Below the pieces are notes generated by a model. The model did no database searches. It saw only the letters and a program-made list of their open reading frames with translations, and had not been told where the DNA came from. Made by a program: the position numbers and the translations under genes. Of a stretch of DNA of 64,000 nucleotides, positions 37,330 through 50,100 are shown piece by piece. The DNA comes from Monocercomonoides exilis PA203 (Eukaryota > Protista > Preaxostyla): contig LSRY02000065.1 in assembly GCA_001643675.2 (NCBI GenBank), forward strand, positions 310,001 through 374,000, given 5' to 3'. Within the stretch, counting starts at the first letter, position 1. Every line of letters starts with the position of its first letter.

Positions 37330-39924
37330 TGTTGTTGTTTCAGAAAACAAACTGGAAATCAAGTTCTTCCCAAAATAACCATCATCTCACCATTAATTGA
37401 ATTAAGTTTCGCCTCATCTTCTCACTTCACAAACTTTCCTCTCCTTTTTTCTTTTCCAGTTTCTTTTCACCCGTGTCCACATCACTCTCTTACTCCACAC
37501 CATTCCTCAAACAACCCAGATAGTAATTCCACAACTTTCATCTACTGTTCCTTTCACAAATACAAACTCAAATCAGTTCTTTTTTAAACATCGTTCTTTG
37601 ATGTTATTCTCTTGAAACTGTTTTGATCTCACAAACTTCAGCACATTAGCTCAAACACTCTATTTTTTTCATCCACATTACAACCACATCATTCTGCAGC
37701 TGCACTTCTCAGAACAGTTTTCTCCTCTCCACTCAGCTCAATCTCCATCACTCCCCCTTCTCTGCTCCTCTCACTTGTAACTCCATCCCCCTCAAAGCTC
37801 TCCACAAACACACTCGAATGCACAGCAAATGGCACATTCTCAAACGATGCTCCCCTGACAGAGCAGTTCTGCACATTCAGCATCCCAATCAGCGTGCTCA
37901 CAATCCTGTATCCAACAACCCCACTCTCTCTCTCCACTCAAACCCCACATTCAACACATTCACCACCCCACCTTCTGTTCCCAGAACTATGCTTTGCCCA
38001 GTTCCAAACACCTGCGGAAGACTTATCGCAAACATTCTCACACTCAGGCGCTCATCACTCCACATCACAGCTTCACATCCATTGCTCTTTAGCTCCCATT
38101 CAACATGCATCTTCGCCTGCTTTGCTTTTTCTGCCTCATGCCCACATATTATTGTTCTTCGCTCATACACAAAGCAGTCACTCACCACACATCTGTCGAT
38201 CACCACAACCTTCTGCTCTTTTTGCTCACTCTCTTCCTTCAGATGCACTATCCCACACCAAAGCATCTCACATGCAATCTCCTCTTTCCCACGCCCCAGA
38301 ACATCCATCCCGCGCCCTTCCGACACATGCACCTCATCTCCGCTGAACTTCACCAGGAACAGAAGCAAATCAACACTCTCCCTTGCAAATCTTCCATCAT
38401 CCCTCCCTCGCAGCTCCACTTTGCTTACACCATCTTCGCCCACAAGCTCCATGTCAAACCGTTTCGGAAGGATTGTTGCATTCAAATCCTCACACACCAC
38501 AAACATATCTGCTCCTTCCCCTGCCCTGTTCCTCTCAAACACACACCCCTTCTCCTCAAAGTAATATGAGCAGCTCTCCCCAACAACACTCATACACATC
38601 CCTCCTCCTTTCTCTTCACTCCCCCTTGCCGAGCATCCTTCAAATGTGCTGTTCTCAACAACAACCACCACGCCTTCTGCCACCTCACACTTCAACTCCC
38701 TCCCACTCCCTTCTTCAGATCCACACTGAAAATATCGAATTGTTTCCCACTCTGCATCTCTTTCCTCGTTTTGCAACAACCCCGCTCCTCATTCTCATCT
38801 CGCATCTGTTAATCCTTCTCCAACTTATCTCCAGCTTTGATCGTTTCTCTCCAACAACTACCCCTTCTCCTCCCTCAGAATCACTCCTTCATAAAACTCA
38901 GTCCCTCTCACAAATACGCTCTCCTTCTGAATCTCTATGCATTTCACGCTCACCATCCACATATCAACCACCAAAGATCCACTTTCTTCTTTGCTTTCTT
39001 CACCTCCAATCTGACAGTCAACAATCATCACAACCCTAACACTAATCGTTGCATTCTCCTCCTTTTTCATGTTTTTCATCCCTTTCCACGTTGTGAAGCA
39101 CGGCTCTTCTTCACTTCCACATCTTGCAACATCAAATCCTTCTGATGAAATAAATATCTCCATTGAGTTGTATGGAACGAGGAACATGAACAAATCTTTA
39201 TTCGAATGATGACTATCACTTCCTACAAACAAATTGTTATCGCCTGTCATTGATGAGTAATCAAATCTGAATGCTAAAGTCGTAACAGAAAAATTAAAAT
39301 CCTTTCCCAAAATGAACTCATTCTTTCCTATGACTGCATTGCTGTTCTCAAAAATTACATCAACATCAAAAAGAAATGGCTTCTCATTCAAACAATTTTG
39401 GAAATCCAAATAAAGAAATCCTCCTTTTCCATTTATTGATGAAAGCGAACAAGATGACGCATTTGTTGATTTTATTTCCAGTTTTTCATTCCTTTGCAAT
39501 GTGATTTTTGCAACACCACCTTCTCCACTGCCCTTGTTCTCAATATTTGTTAAGTTGCTGCTTTCAAACAAAACAGAAGAAGCCATCACCATGGAGATTC
39601 ACCAAATGAACGCTCTGCCAAACTGCATCCCTTGAATGTGAAACTTCAACTGGTTGTTATCTACGAAATTTGATCAATATACTTTGTTAATAAAACATTA
39701 AATATGTATTTCATACATTGAAGATGTCCACATGATAAGATCAAGGACTTCATGCTTAGCGCATATTGATTTGGGATGTGATGTTGATGTAATCAATGTA
39801 AATATCATTTCCCACTTTTGCTGTGTTTGCATTGAACTTCATTTCAACAAATCCATATTCGAATCTCCTCTTTTTTGCTGCCAAATACACTTTTCCTCCT
39901 TTTCTTGTGCAGTTGTTGTTGCTT
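37330..39924 (-). pseudogene. Chimeric, frameshifted receptor-ectodomain fragments abutting the right TIR
   Basis: GKGGFLYLD..NAVIGKNEFI, FDVARCGSEEEPCFT and EKGGGMCM..NRAGEGADMFV match repeats of gene 1-6729; abrupt composition change near 39060. Confidence 0.8.
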
Positions 39925-40618
39925 CAATAAATATCTTCTTGCATTTTGCATTCTATCTTATTTCAGAAGAAAATAAATTAAAATATAATGAAAATCGTTA
40001 AAATATTCTATAAATAAGTTAATTCATATGAAATTCAAACTTTGTTGGCGTCACCAGCGTTTCTTAATTCAAGATCATCACGGCATAACATTAATATCCT
40101 CAAACTGCACAAAATTGATCAGCTTAAAAATCATAAACAAAATTCATTAAGGATAGAATGAAATTTTAATAATCTTTAATTGCACACTTTAATAATATTT
40201 CTAAACATTTGATTTGTCTCAGATTTACAAGCTGGGGTTCAATTCTTGACGAAAGAAAGTAATTTCTTATTTTTTGGATATTAAAAATATAATTGTGGGA
40301 TAGATCAAAATATTTTAATTTTTTAATTTATTTTTTTTTATGTTTTATTTTTTGAAAAATCATTTTTATAATAAGAGTATATAATAATTAACAACTTCTC
40401 AGCTGCTTATTATTTTAAAATTATCAATTATTATCAAAATTTTGAAAAAATACTCAGATTTATGGGTGATTTTTAAAAATAGTTTTTTCTCAAGGATCAA
40501 AAAGAATTTCAAAATTCCAGTCCATACAAATGTTTTATTATTAATTCTACTTTTTATTTATCATAATGTTTTAAAACATTATCAAGAATCGAAAAAGGAC
40601 ATTAAATACACCTATGCC
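39925..40618 (-). repeat. Right 694-bp TIR
   Basis: Reverse complement of 25498-26191. Confidence 0.95.
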
Positions 40619-40702
40619 GAAAATATTATAATAGAGAAGAGAAATTATCAAATAATTACAAAGAAAAGCGTTATGCATTGAAACTGATTTGAATAAACAA
40701 AC

Positions 40703-41043
40703 TCGTATATACTTTGTTCTGAGGCTACACAAATACAAAGAATTAGGAAATAAATTGGGAAGAGAGAGAGAAAGAAATAGAAAAAGAAAAAGAAAAGGAG
40801 AAGGAGAAGGAGAAGGAGAAGGAGAAAAAAAAGAAAGAGAAAGAGAGAAGGAGAAAATAAATATGACATGGATAAGTTAAAAAAGAAATAGAGAAAGACG
40901 ATTAATTTGACACAAACATGTTGCTGTTGCTTTCTCGAATGCAGTCTTTGTTGAGCAGCTGATACACTTTGCTCCATCCTCAATGGCTCAGATGTCAGCT
41001 CTTCTATTTCCTTTGACAAACTTGATGCAACATTTTCCAAATG
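40703..41043 (-). pseudogene. Upstream exons (41043-40918, coiled-coil-like; 40724-40703, 22-nt micro-exon) of the gene split by the 15-kb element
   Basis: cag|HLENVASSLSKEIEELTSE...QQH|gtttgt, then tag|CCTCAGAACAAAGTATATACGA|gtttgt. The phase-1 end matches the exon starting at 25434. Confidence 0.65.
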
Positions 41044-42519
41044 CTGGAGGTGAAAGAAGAAGTAGAAGAAAAGAGATAAAAGAAAGAAATGCAAATATTC
41101 TGATGGAAGAAGAAGAAAAGAAGAATTAATAAGAAGTATTCGAAATGAGTTGATGGAAGATGAATAATTGAATCAAGTAATATCGATACGAGGAGAAGGA
41201 GAAGAAGGAGAAGAAGAGAAAGAAAAAACAGAAAAAGATAAAGATAAAGATAAATCAAAATAAAAAAGTCAATGCGAATCGCTGTAATGATCACTAACTT
41301 TTCATTTGAACAAAGCTAAAACTATCACAAAAAATCAGAGCAACAATTAAATGAAAAAAACAAATAAAAATTATAAGAGACTTAAATAAAAATGAACTTT
41401 TAATTCAAATCAGATTGTTTTTAAACATTTTCATAACAAATAAAATTTATTCATATTCATGGAAATTGATTCTCTCAAGTCAATTTATTTCTGAACAACA
41501 TATCAAACAAATATTTTTTGAAAAAATAAACAATTGTTAAATAAAAAGGAATGAATTTTCTTTAACGAATTGCAAAAAAATGCAAAATAAAAATTTCGAT
41601 AATTATGACACTCAGAAAAAACTTGTTAAACATGAAAAATCACTACGGTTTTAAGCCTTTGAAAAATGATAAATAATAAAAATGAGATACTGAAAATAAT
41701 GCTTCAAAAACATTGAAAAATGAATTGGAAAATCTTTATGTGAATTTGCATAGAATGATAAGACGTCTGTCAAAGCGAAAATAGTATTTTAATAAATGAA
41801 AATTTTGGTAAGGTTTATTGATAGTGAATTGTGAGTAAATTTTTGTTTTGAAAATTTTGAATTATTGGAAAGTGTTTTATTTTTTTCAAAGCATAATTAA
41901 AAAAAATTGTTTGCTTTTATCTTTTAAAAAAAAACAGTGCCGGGCACTGACTGACGAGAGATCCACATTTTTCAAGGTGACGCAGATGTTTACACAATCT
42001 AATCATGATAAGTCTTTCATTCTCATTTCAAAAAAAGCATGTGAAATTTTTCAAAATTGAAAAATTTATTAAACGCGCAGAATGGAACAAAATTCATTGG
42101 GCAAAAATTTTTATCCCAGACAGGTGATTTATTTTTTTGAAATCATAAATTTATTGTCAAAATATTATGTTTGAAAATTTGTTTTTCATTTTCGTGAAAG
42201 AACATTGAATAGTGATAACAATGTCTTCAAAAAAGAATTTTCATGAACGAATCTCGAATGAATGCTTTCGTGACAAAGGAAATTCAAAAATATATGGAAA
42301 TGATGATTTCCAAGCCATTCACAAAAGATAACTATTAATTCATCTCCCCGAAAAAAGTTATGATTGTTATTATTATTTCCAAAATTTAATTGAAATAATG
42401 CATGACAAAATTTTTGAATTAATTTGAAATACAACGAATTGTTCCAAACTTTTTCTCCATCGCATCATTTTTTATCTATCATTCCCATGCATAATAATGA
42501 AAAAAAATACAATTAATTT

Positions 42520-42758
42520 GTCCAAATTTTTTGAAAAGTTCATTTTATTTAATTTTCAAATAAGACAAAAATATCATATTTCGATCGAATTTCTGTTCCC
42601 ACTGACAATACTTCACAAAAATGGAAACATAAGCATTGTCAAGATTTTGTTTTCATGGCAGCGAAATTTGGTGAGAGGGAACAGAAATTTGATCGAAATA
42701 TGAAATTTTTATTTAATTTGAAATTTAAACAAAAGGAACTTTTCAAAAAAATTTAGCC
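42520..42758. mobile_element. Second copy of MITE family B
   Basis: Colinear with 8359-8598; internal inverted arms tcgatcgaatttctgttccc / gggaacagaaatttgatcga. Confidence 0.75.
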
Positions 42759-43924
42759 ATATAAATGATAAATTTCATCTAAACCATTTCAAATACTAAT
42801 GTTTAAGATGAAATAAAGAAAAACATTTGTTGGATAAGAATGTTCACTTTTCAGTGATCATTTACAAATATTCAGATAAAAAATTTTTTTCAGTATTTTT
42901 TGATAGAAAAAATTGATTTCAAAAATAATCGCCCATATGAACACTAAAATAAATTATGCGCTTTTATTTGTCAGAGAACAAATAACAAAATAGGGCATGA
43001 AAGTGACAAAATCCAATTAAAAAGTGAAATCAATTAAAGCTTGACATTCTATTTGCAAATTTCAGATCGAAAGAAAGATGTTGATGAAATTAAGGACAAG
43101 GAAAGAAAGGTTGCATAATGATGTTATTATAGACGAAAGAAATGGAATTGAAAGACTTTTGAATAAGTTTTCAAAAAGTTTTTTTAATTTTGAATTTTTT
43201 GATGATTCTATTCTTTAAATTTCCTCAGGTTATTAATAAAGAATTATTATTTTTTAAATGGGACAAAACATTTGTCTTCAGGCATTTTAAATGGAAAATT
43301 TTTCATCTTTGATGAACTTTTTGTGATCAAAAATTTTGAAATAAACGGGTTTGTTTTTTGAAATACGTTTGATGTCACAAAACATAATGTTGTCATATCA
43401 ATGATGTTTGTGTTCATATTTGAAAATCAAATTTATTTTGAAATCTGAAAGTTATTGAAAAAGTTATTTGTTAATCAATTTTTTCATGCATTGTACAAAA
43501 AAAGCTTGAAAGTCTATATTTTCCCTCATATTTTTTCTTCTTTTCATAAACTCTTATCTTTTATAGTATTATCACTCCTTGACGCATATATGCGGTCCAC
43601 AAATAATTATAAAAATTGTTTGTTGTTTTATTTTATTTTATGATACTGTTTATTTTCGAAAATGTCCAATATATATTAAAAATATTATCATAGAATTTCA
43701 TCTTCGAACATTATTGAAATGTCTTTCATGTGAATTCTTATCCTGAAAAGGTGAAAAACAATATTTTCTCTATGCATCATCTTAATTAATGGATTTTTTT
43801 ATCACTTATAATTTGTTAACAGTATTCACATTCTTATTTTTGTATTTTTTTCGTTTTCCTTATTTTTGTTTAATTTTTCAATTTCATTTATTCAAACATG
43901 AACACTCACATACACAAACACATA

Positions 43925-43973
<49 letters not shown>

Positions 43974-44130
43974 ATTGACCTGACTTACATACATATATAT
44001 TTTTCTCTTTTAGTTGTGCTCAAAAAATTGTTTTTGCGTTTTAAAAACGTTTCTTTAATATTTGAGTAAAGTTTCCTATGGGCATTGATCATATTGTTAA
44101 CGGTTTTTAAATAGTCGATAAGACCAGGAA

Positions 44131-47100
44131 ATGGCTGAACAAATTGCTTTAGGTATTTTATTGCATTCTCATTTACTTATTATTGCAACTTATGTGAAAA
44201 AATTTGAAAGCTGTTGCCGTTAACGATTGCACGCGATTGAAAGGATCAAAATCCGTTGTTGGGTTCGAATTTGGTGATGAATATTGCGAGGTTGCTCTTT
44301 TTTACATATTTTAAAATTGATTATTCCTTCAATATTACTGTGATTTTTTATTTTCTTTTTGTGAAGTCAAATGTTGTTGAATGTGTTCAAAATGGGACAG
44401 AATTTAGGGCAAGCTATGATTTTATAACGACATTTAGTGATATTACTGTTGATGAAGATTTTGTTAATCAATTAGCTTCGACTCCTTTGGTTTTTCGATT
44501 TTACGAATTTGTCGAACCAATTGGAAAGAAAAATGACAAGCAACAAAAGAATTCTTCAGGAAAAGCACCTCTTTCAAAGGGAGTGGGAGCGCCATTTCCA
44601 ACTGGGAATCCTGCCGATCTTCCCCCAAACACTATTGCAAATCCGCAAATCGGTGATCTACAGAAGAATCTAATTGGCACTGTTGAAGTGTCGCTTCTGC
44701 CTTTTGTATCAAATGCAGGATTGCAAAGTATAGACACAGGAAGAGTTACTATTCAGCTAGCACCAGATTATGATTTACCAGCATTTGCAACGCAAAAAGA
44801 TAGCCAGGTTGAAAAAAAGGCAGTTAGGTCTTCAACCGATACAAAAAAGCAGAAGGACTTGCAACAACAGCAACAAGACTTGCCTGCGGCCATTGAAGAG
44901 GAGCTTCCTCCAGCTACAACACAAATACGGGTTGAGCTCTCTCAGGCGTTGTGCCGTGTTGTGGATCTGCGTGAATGGAATGTGTTGACTGTTGCTGTTG
45001 GTGGACTATGCGGCCTTCCGCGTGCGTGGGAAGAAAAAGCCAAATACAATGTGGATGCGAAACAATGTTTGAATGTTTATCGATTTTTTGATCATATTTA
45101 TATTTCTGTTTGTTTTTCTTTCTTTTTTCTTTTCTTTTTTCTTTTCTTTTTTCTTTTCTTTTTTCTTTTCTTTTTTCTTTTCTTTTTTCTTTTCTTTTTT
45201 CTTTTCTTTTTTCTTTTCTTTTTTCTTTTCTTTTTTCTTTTCTTTTTCTTTTCTTTTTTTCTTTTCTTTTTCTTTTCTTTTTTCTTTTCTTTTTTCTTTT
45301 CTTTTTTCTTTTCTTTTTTCTTTTCTTTTTTCTTTTCTTTTTTCTTTTCTTTTTTTTTCTTTGTGTTCATATTTCCTAAATGAACTTATCTTCTTTTTAC
45401 AAATTGAATATGATTTTCAATCAATTTATTAATTTATTTATTTATTTGTTAATGCAGTGCCTGTTTCATACACACTGGCCCTTCCGCTTCCCTTCACACG
45501 GCGCGACATCAGCGCTCTTTCAAGCGACTCTGCCAGAACACAAACGCAGACACAGACACAATCTCAATCACAATCTCAATCACAATCTCAATCACAATCG
45601 CAGATGCAGATTGCATGTTCACTCAGATCTTCTCGTGCAGGCACCGCAAATGGAGGAGATAATTCATCTTCATCGTCTTCTTCTTCTTCTTCACTGCTTA
45701 GCTCAAGCGAAACAATGCAAAGTCCACTGCCTGCTTCCAACTCTTCTTCTTCAGCTTCTCTCGCTCCATCTTCATCAAACGCAATTTCCTCTTCCATCAC
45801 CATTCATTCATCATCATCATCATCTTCTTCTTCTTCTTCTCTTTCCCTTCTTGCCATCCCCTCCACTGCCCTCTTCACAAACGGCTGCTTTGTCCCTCCT
45901 CCTCCTCTCCACAGCACCGACCCTTTGTCCTTCCAAAAGCCCTCTCAATTGCAATCCTCTCTGCTTCAGTCTCAATTCCAATCCCAATCGCAGTCAGCAT
46001 CCCAATCAACTGCCCAGCTTCCCTCGCCTTTGCAGGCACAACTCACACAACTGTCTCAACCCACTCCACTGACACAGCTGCCTGATGACCCTTCCTCATT
46101 CACAGATGCGGCGGGCGTTCCTCTTCCCTTTGAGGCTGCCATCCTCCCTTCTGCCTCTGCTGCCAGGACGCTTTCGTCGCAGCTGGCTGGGCAGCCAGAA
46201 AAGAGCGAAAAAGCAGAAAAAGCAGAAAAATCGGAAAAATCAGAGAAGAATGCAAAAGGAGACAAAGATGCTTCGCTTTTTCCCGGAGGAGAAAACGGAG
46301 CTGCAGGACTTGTGGATATTGCGTGGAATGTTGTGGATGATGGCCTTCCGCCAGTGGGAATGCTACGCCTCGCCCCGCCACGCCCTCAGCTTCCTCAGTT
46401 TTCTCAGCTGGGGCAGTCAATGTCTGCCTCACTCTCGCGCAGCAACGGATCACATCTGAATGCAAGCAACGGGATGAATGGAGCTTCAGGTGCTGGTTCT
46501 TCTTCTTCTTCTTCCTCCTCCTCCCCTTCTTCTTATCCATCCGCCTTCTCCTCTCTCGATGCCTCGCACTCATCAGACACCAACTCCCCCTTTCTCGACC
46601 GTTCGCAGGGGCTGTCATTGGCAAGCACTGGGTTAGGTTCTCCTGCATTGAGCAGCATGAGCATGCTGTTTGGAGGGGTGAATCCGCTTGTGGACGATCC
46701 AGACGATGAAGGATGCCTCAGCAGCCAGATGTTCATGGCAGCGCTTGCAAACCACGAGGGGGAAGAAAAGAAGGAAGTGGAAGGAGAAGGAGAAGGAGAA
46801 GTGGAAGTAGAAGGAGAAGGAGCTGCTTATGATTCGATTCAAATGAATCCATCATCATTGCCTTCTTCTTCTTCTTCCTCTTCCTCTTCCTCTTCCTCTT
46901 CAGAGGAGAAGAAGCAGAATGAGTCTTCTCTTCTGTCTATGTCCCTTCTCACTCTCCATCAGTCTTCTTCTGAATGGCGTCGCCCACACGTCGCCTTCCA
47001 GTCTGCCCTTCCTCCTTCAATGGCAGCTGTCTCAACAGTCAAACTGCCATCAACGATGATGATGTTGCCTAATGCTTCTGCTTCTGTGTCTGCTTCATCG

Positions 47101-50100
47101 TCATCTTCTTCTTCCTCTTCCTCTTCCTCTTCTTCTAATAATAATAATAATCAAAATACAGCTCTTCTATCTCTTCCTTCTCTCCTTCCACCAAAGGAGC
47201 ATTTATCTGCCTCGCTCAACACCATTCCTCCATCAGTTGCTGCAAAGGAAGCCAGTTTATCAGCCAGTTCTAATCAGAATGGACAAAATGGATTGAATGG
47301 AATGAATTCTTCTCTTCTTCCTTCTGCTCTGATGGCAACCGCACAGCTGAATTCTTCGCAGAGAGGAGGAGGTTTGGATTCTTCTTTGGCTCAGACGAGC
47401 TTTTCGCTGTCAGCTTTTGCAAACACAAATGGATTGCGTTCATCAGCAGATGGAGGGAAAGAGCTGGGGAGAAGCGGGATTGGAGCACAGGGTGTATCAG
47501 AGGGGGAAGAAGGAGGAAGAGAAAGAGGAGAAAGAGGAGAACGAGGAGAAATGAATGAGGAAGAGGATGGGATGCATGGGTTGCCACTGTTTGTGCCTAT
47601 AAACTCTTCGTCTGCTGTGCATGTTTCGTCGCTTTTTGCCTCTTTGACACCTCAATTGCCAAGTGTTTTGAGTGGGATGGTACCTTCTTATGCAGCAGAA
47701 GCAGGAGAGGAGGGGGGAATAATGATGGGACAAGGGCAGAGAGAAGGAGAAGGAGCTGGTGAAGATGGGGCGAATGCGCAGAAGGAGGAGAAGAAAGAGG
47801 AGAAGAAAGAAGAGAAGAAGGAGGAAGGGAAAGGGAAAGGAAAGAAAGAAGGTTTGACTTTTTATTTATTTTTTATTTTATTTTATTTATTTTAATTTTT
47901 ATTTATTTATTTATTTATTTATTTATTAATCTTATTCTTCACTCACATATTCCATCTTCTTCTTATCTAATTAATCCCTCCTGCCCAATAAATAAAAAAA
48001 TAAAATAAAATAAAATAAAAAATAAAAAATAAAAATAATCAGCTCAAACAGAATCTCATTCATTGCATCCTTCTCTTCCCCAGTTCCCTTGTCTCTACCG
48101 TCGCATTCTTTCTCCTCAGTCAGTTGAAGCACTGAAGAATCTTGCACTGGAGAAGGAGAAGAACGATGAGAAGGAAAGGATGAAGAGAGAAAGGAAAGAG
48201 AAGAAAGGGAAAAATGCGAAGAAGAGTAAGAAGATGACAGGAAAAGAAGGGAAAAGAAGCAGAAGAAGCAAATTAGAAGAGGAAGAAGAAGATGATGAGA
48301 AAGAAGAAGATGAAGAAGATGAAGAAGAATATGATGAACTTAATTCACAAAAGAGCAGAAACAAAAATTTGAATGGAAATCCATTTGAAGAGTCAACAAT
48401 AGCCAAACAAGAGCGATCTTTGCTTCTTTCCTCAATGGGATTGGAAGATCCGATACATTCACATCTTTCTTCCTCTTCCTCTTCCTCTTCCTCTTCTCAT
48501 TCAATTCCACCAACAGCTGCTCCTCTTGCCTTCACAGGTGGCATTGGCCATCCTCTCATCCCCCCTCCTTCTTGTCTCTCTCTCCTCTGTGACAGAACCT
48601 CTCCTGTTACTTCTCTTCTGTCAGACAACAACTCTTCCTCCTCCTCCTCCTCTTCTTCTTCTTCTTCTTCTCATAACTCTTTTGTTCCTTCTTATCCCAA
48701 TCCTTCTTCTTCTTCCTCTTCTTCTGCCTTCTCTGGTTATAACTCAACCACTTCATCAATTGCTCAGCTTCCATCTGTTGCCTCTTCATTCGTTGGAGAA
48801 AGAGGAGAAAGAGGAGGGTATTTGAACAGCAATTCGAATGTTCCCTCTGTTTTGCCTTACAGACACAGTTTTGCAGCTTATATCCCTCTTCAGCCATTAG
48901 CTCAGCCCGGAACGACTGTTGTGTGTGGGAGGTTTGATCTGTTTGACTTGAATGCCCAGGGGAAAAGCGTTAAAAGGGTGGAGTGGGAAGAGGAAGAGGC
49001 GGAAAGGAAGAGGAGGGAGAAGGAGAAGAAGGAGAAGAAGAGGAGAGGAGAGAGGGAGGAGAATGGGGTTGAGGGAGGGGATGAGATGTTTGGGAGGGAA
49101 AACAAGAAAGCGGATGAAGGAGTTGATATCAGAAAGAGCACAGGATCAGTGGCTGGTGGAAGGGGCGATAAAGGAAAAGGAGAAAAAGAGAAAGAGAAGG
49201 AGAAGGAGAAAGAGAAAGAGAAGGAGAAAGAAGGAGATAGAAAGAAAGGAGGGGAGAAAGGGAAGAATGCAGAGCAAGACAAGAGCGATGCGTATGATGA
49301 TGGCGTTGGAGGAGCGAAATGTGTTGAGAGAGCAAAATCCTTCGCAATTGTTGCATTGGGCTTGGAACACCCGCTTATTCCTGTTACTCCGCCTCCTGCG
49401 CCTCCTCTTCCGTTGGCAAGTGGCAAAAAACAAGGAAAAGGAGAAGAGAAGAATGGGACTTCGGGAAATTCGATGAAGAATGTGAAGGATGTGAATGGGC
49501 AAGTGTCAAATTCATCATCATCATCTTCTTCTTCTTCTTCTTCTTCTTCTTCAAATTCACAAAAATCAAAATCCTCTTCCTCCTCTTCTTCTTCTTCCTC
49601 CTCTTCTTCTCTTCTCCCCTTCTCTTCCCCCATCGACCCCCACCATCTTCAGCAGAGCCCCTATTCCCTCTCTCCTCTCCACTGCATATCCCCTCATGTT
49701 CTGTCTGACGGCCACATCATCGACACCTCTTCCACTGATGTTTCTTCTGTTCCTCCTTCTCTCTTGTCCAATTCCACTCTTTCATCTGACTCTGCCCTTG
49801 CCTCAACAATCAACCAGACAGTGGAGACATTCGCACACGCTGTGTTATCACAGACGGATCCTGAATTTGTTGCGGCTTCTTCTTCTTCTTCCTCTTCCTC
49901 TTCTGGTTCTTCTTCTTCTTCTTTTGATTCAGAAACAGGTGGGTTTGGATTTCAGGGTATTGAATTGCAATCACAGCAGACCCAACAACAACATCAAAAT
50001 TACAATTCTTCTTCTTCTTCTTCAGTCTCCAACACACCACGTGGCATCTCCCGCACTCCTCTCAGCCCCTCTGCAGCTCAGCTCCAGAAGGGAATGAATC

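Larger units (their letters stand above)
25498..40618. mobile_element. 15,121-bp cargo-carrying element bounded by 694-bp terminal inverted repeats
   Basis: 25498-26191 is the reverse complement of 39925-40618 (~5 substitutions seen). Termini GGCATAGGTG...CACCTATGCC. The flanks rejoin into one phase-compatible intron. Only a 2-bp GA flank match is present as a possible TSD. Confidence 0.78.

Noticed and set aside
25498-40618. Polinton/Maverick or endogenous virus identity for the 15-kb element
   Set aside because: Size and long TIRs fit, but there is no PolB, integrase, ATPase or capsid ORF, no AG terminus and no 6-bp TSD.
43926-43972. Long poly-A tracts (also 15027-15064) as retroelement tails
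   Set aside because: No upstream RT or SINE body and no TSD; homopolymers are common throughout the window.
44256-45432. Poly-Phe/poly-Lys ORFs read as membrane or basic proteins
   Set aside because: They are read-through into an intronic polypyrimidine minisatellite.
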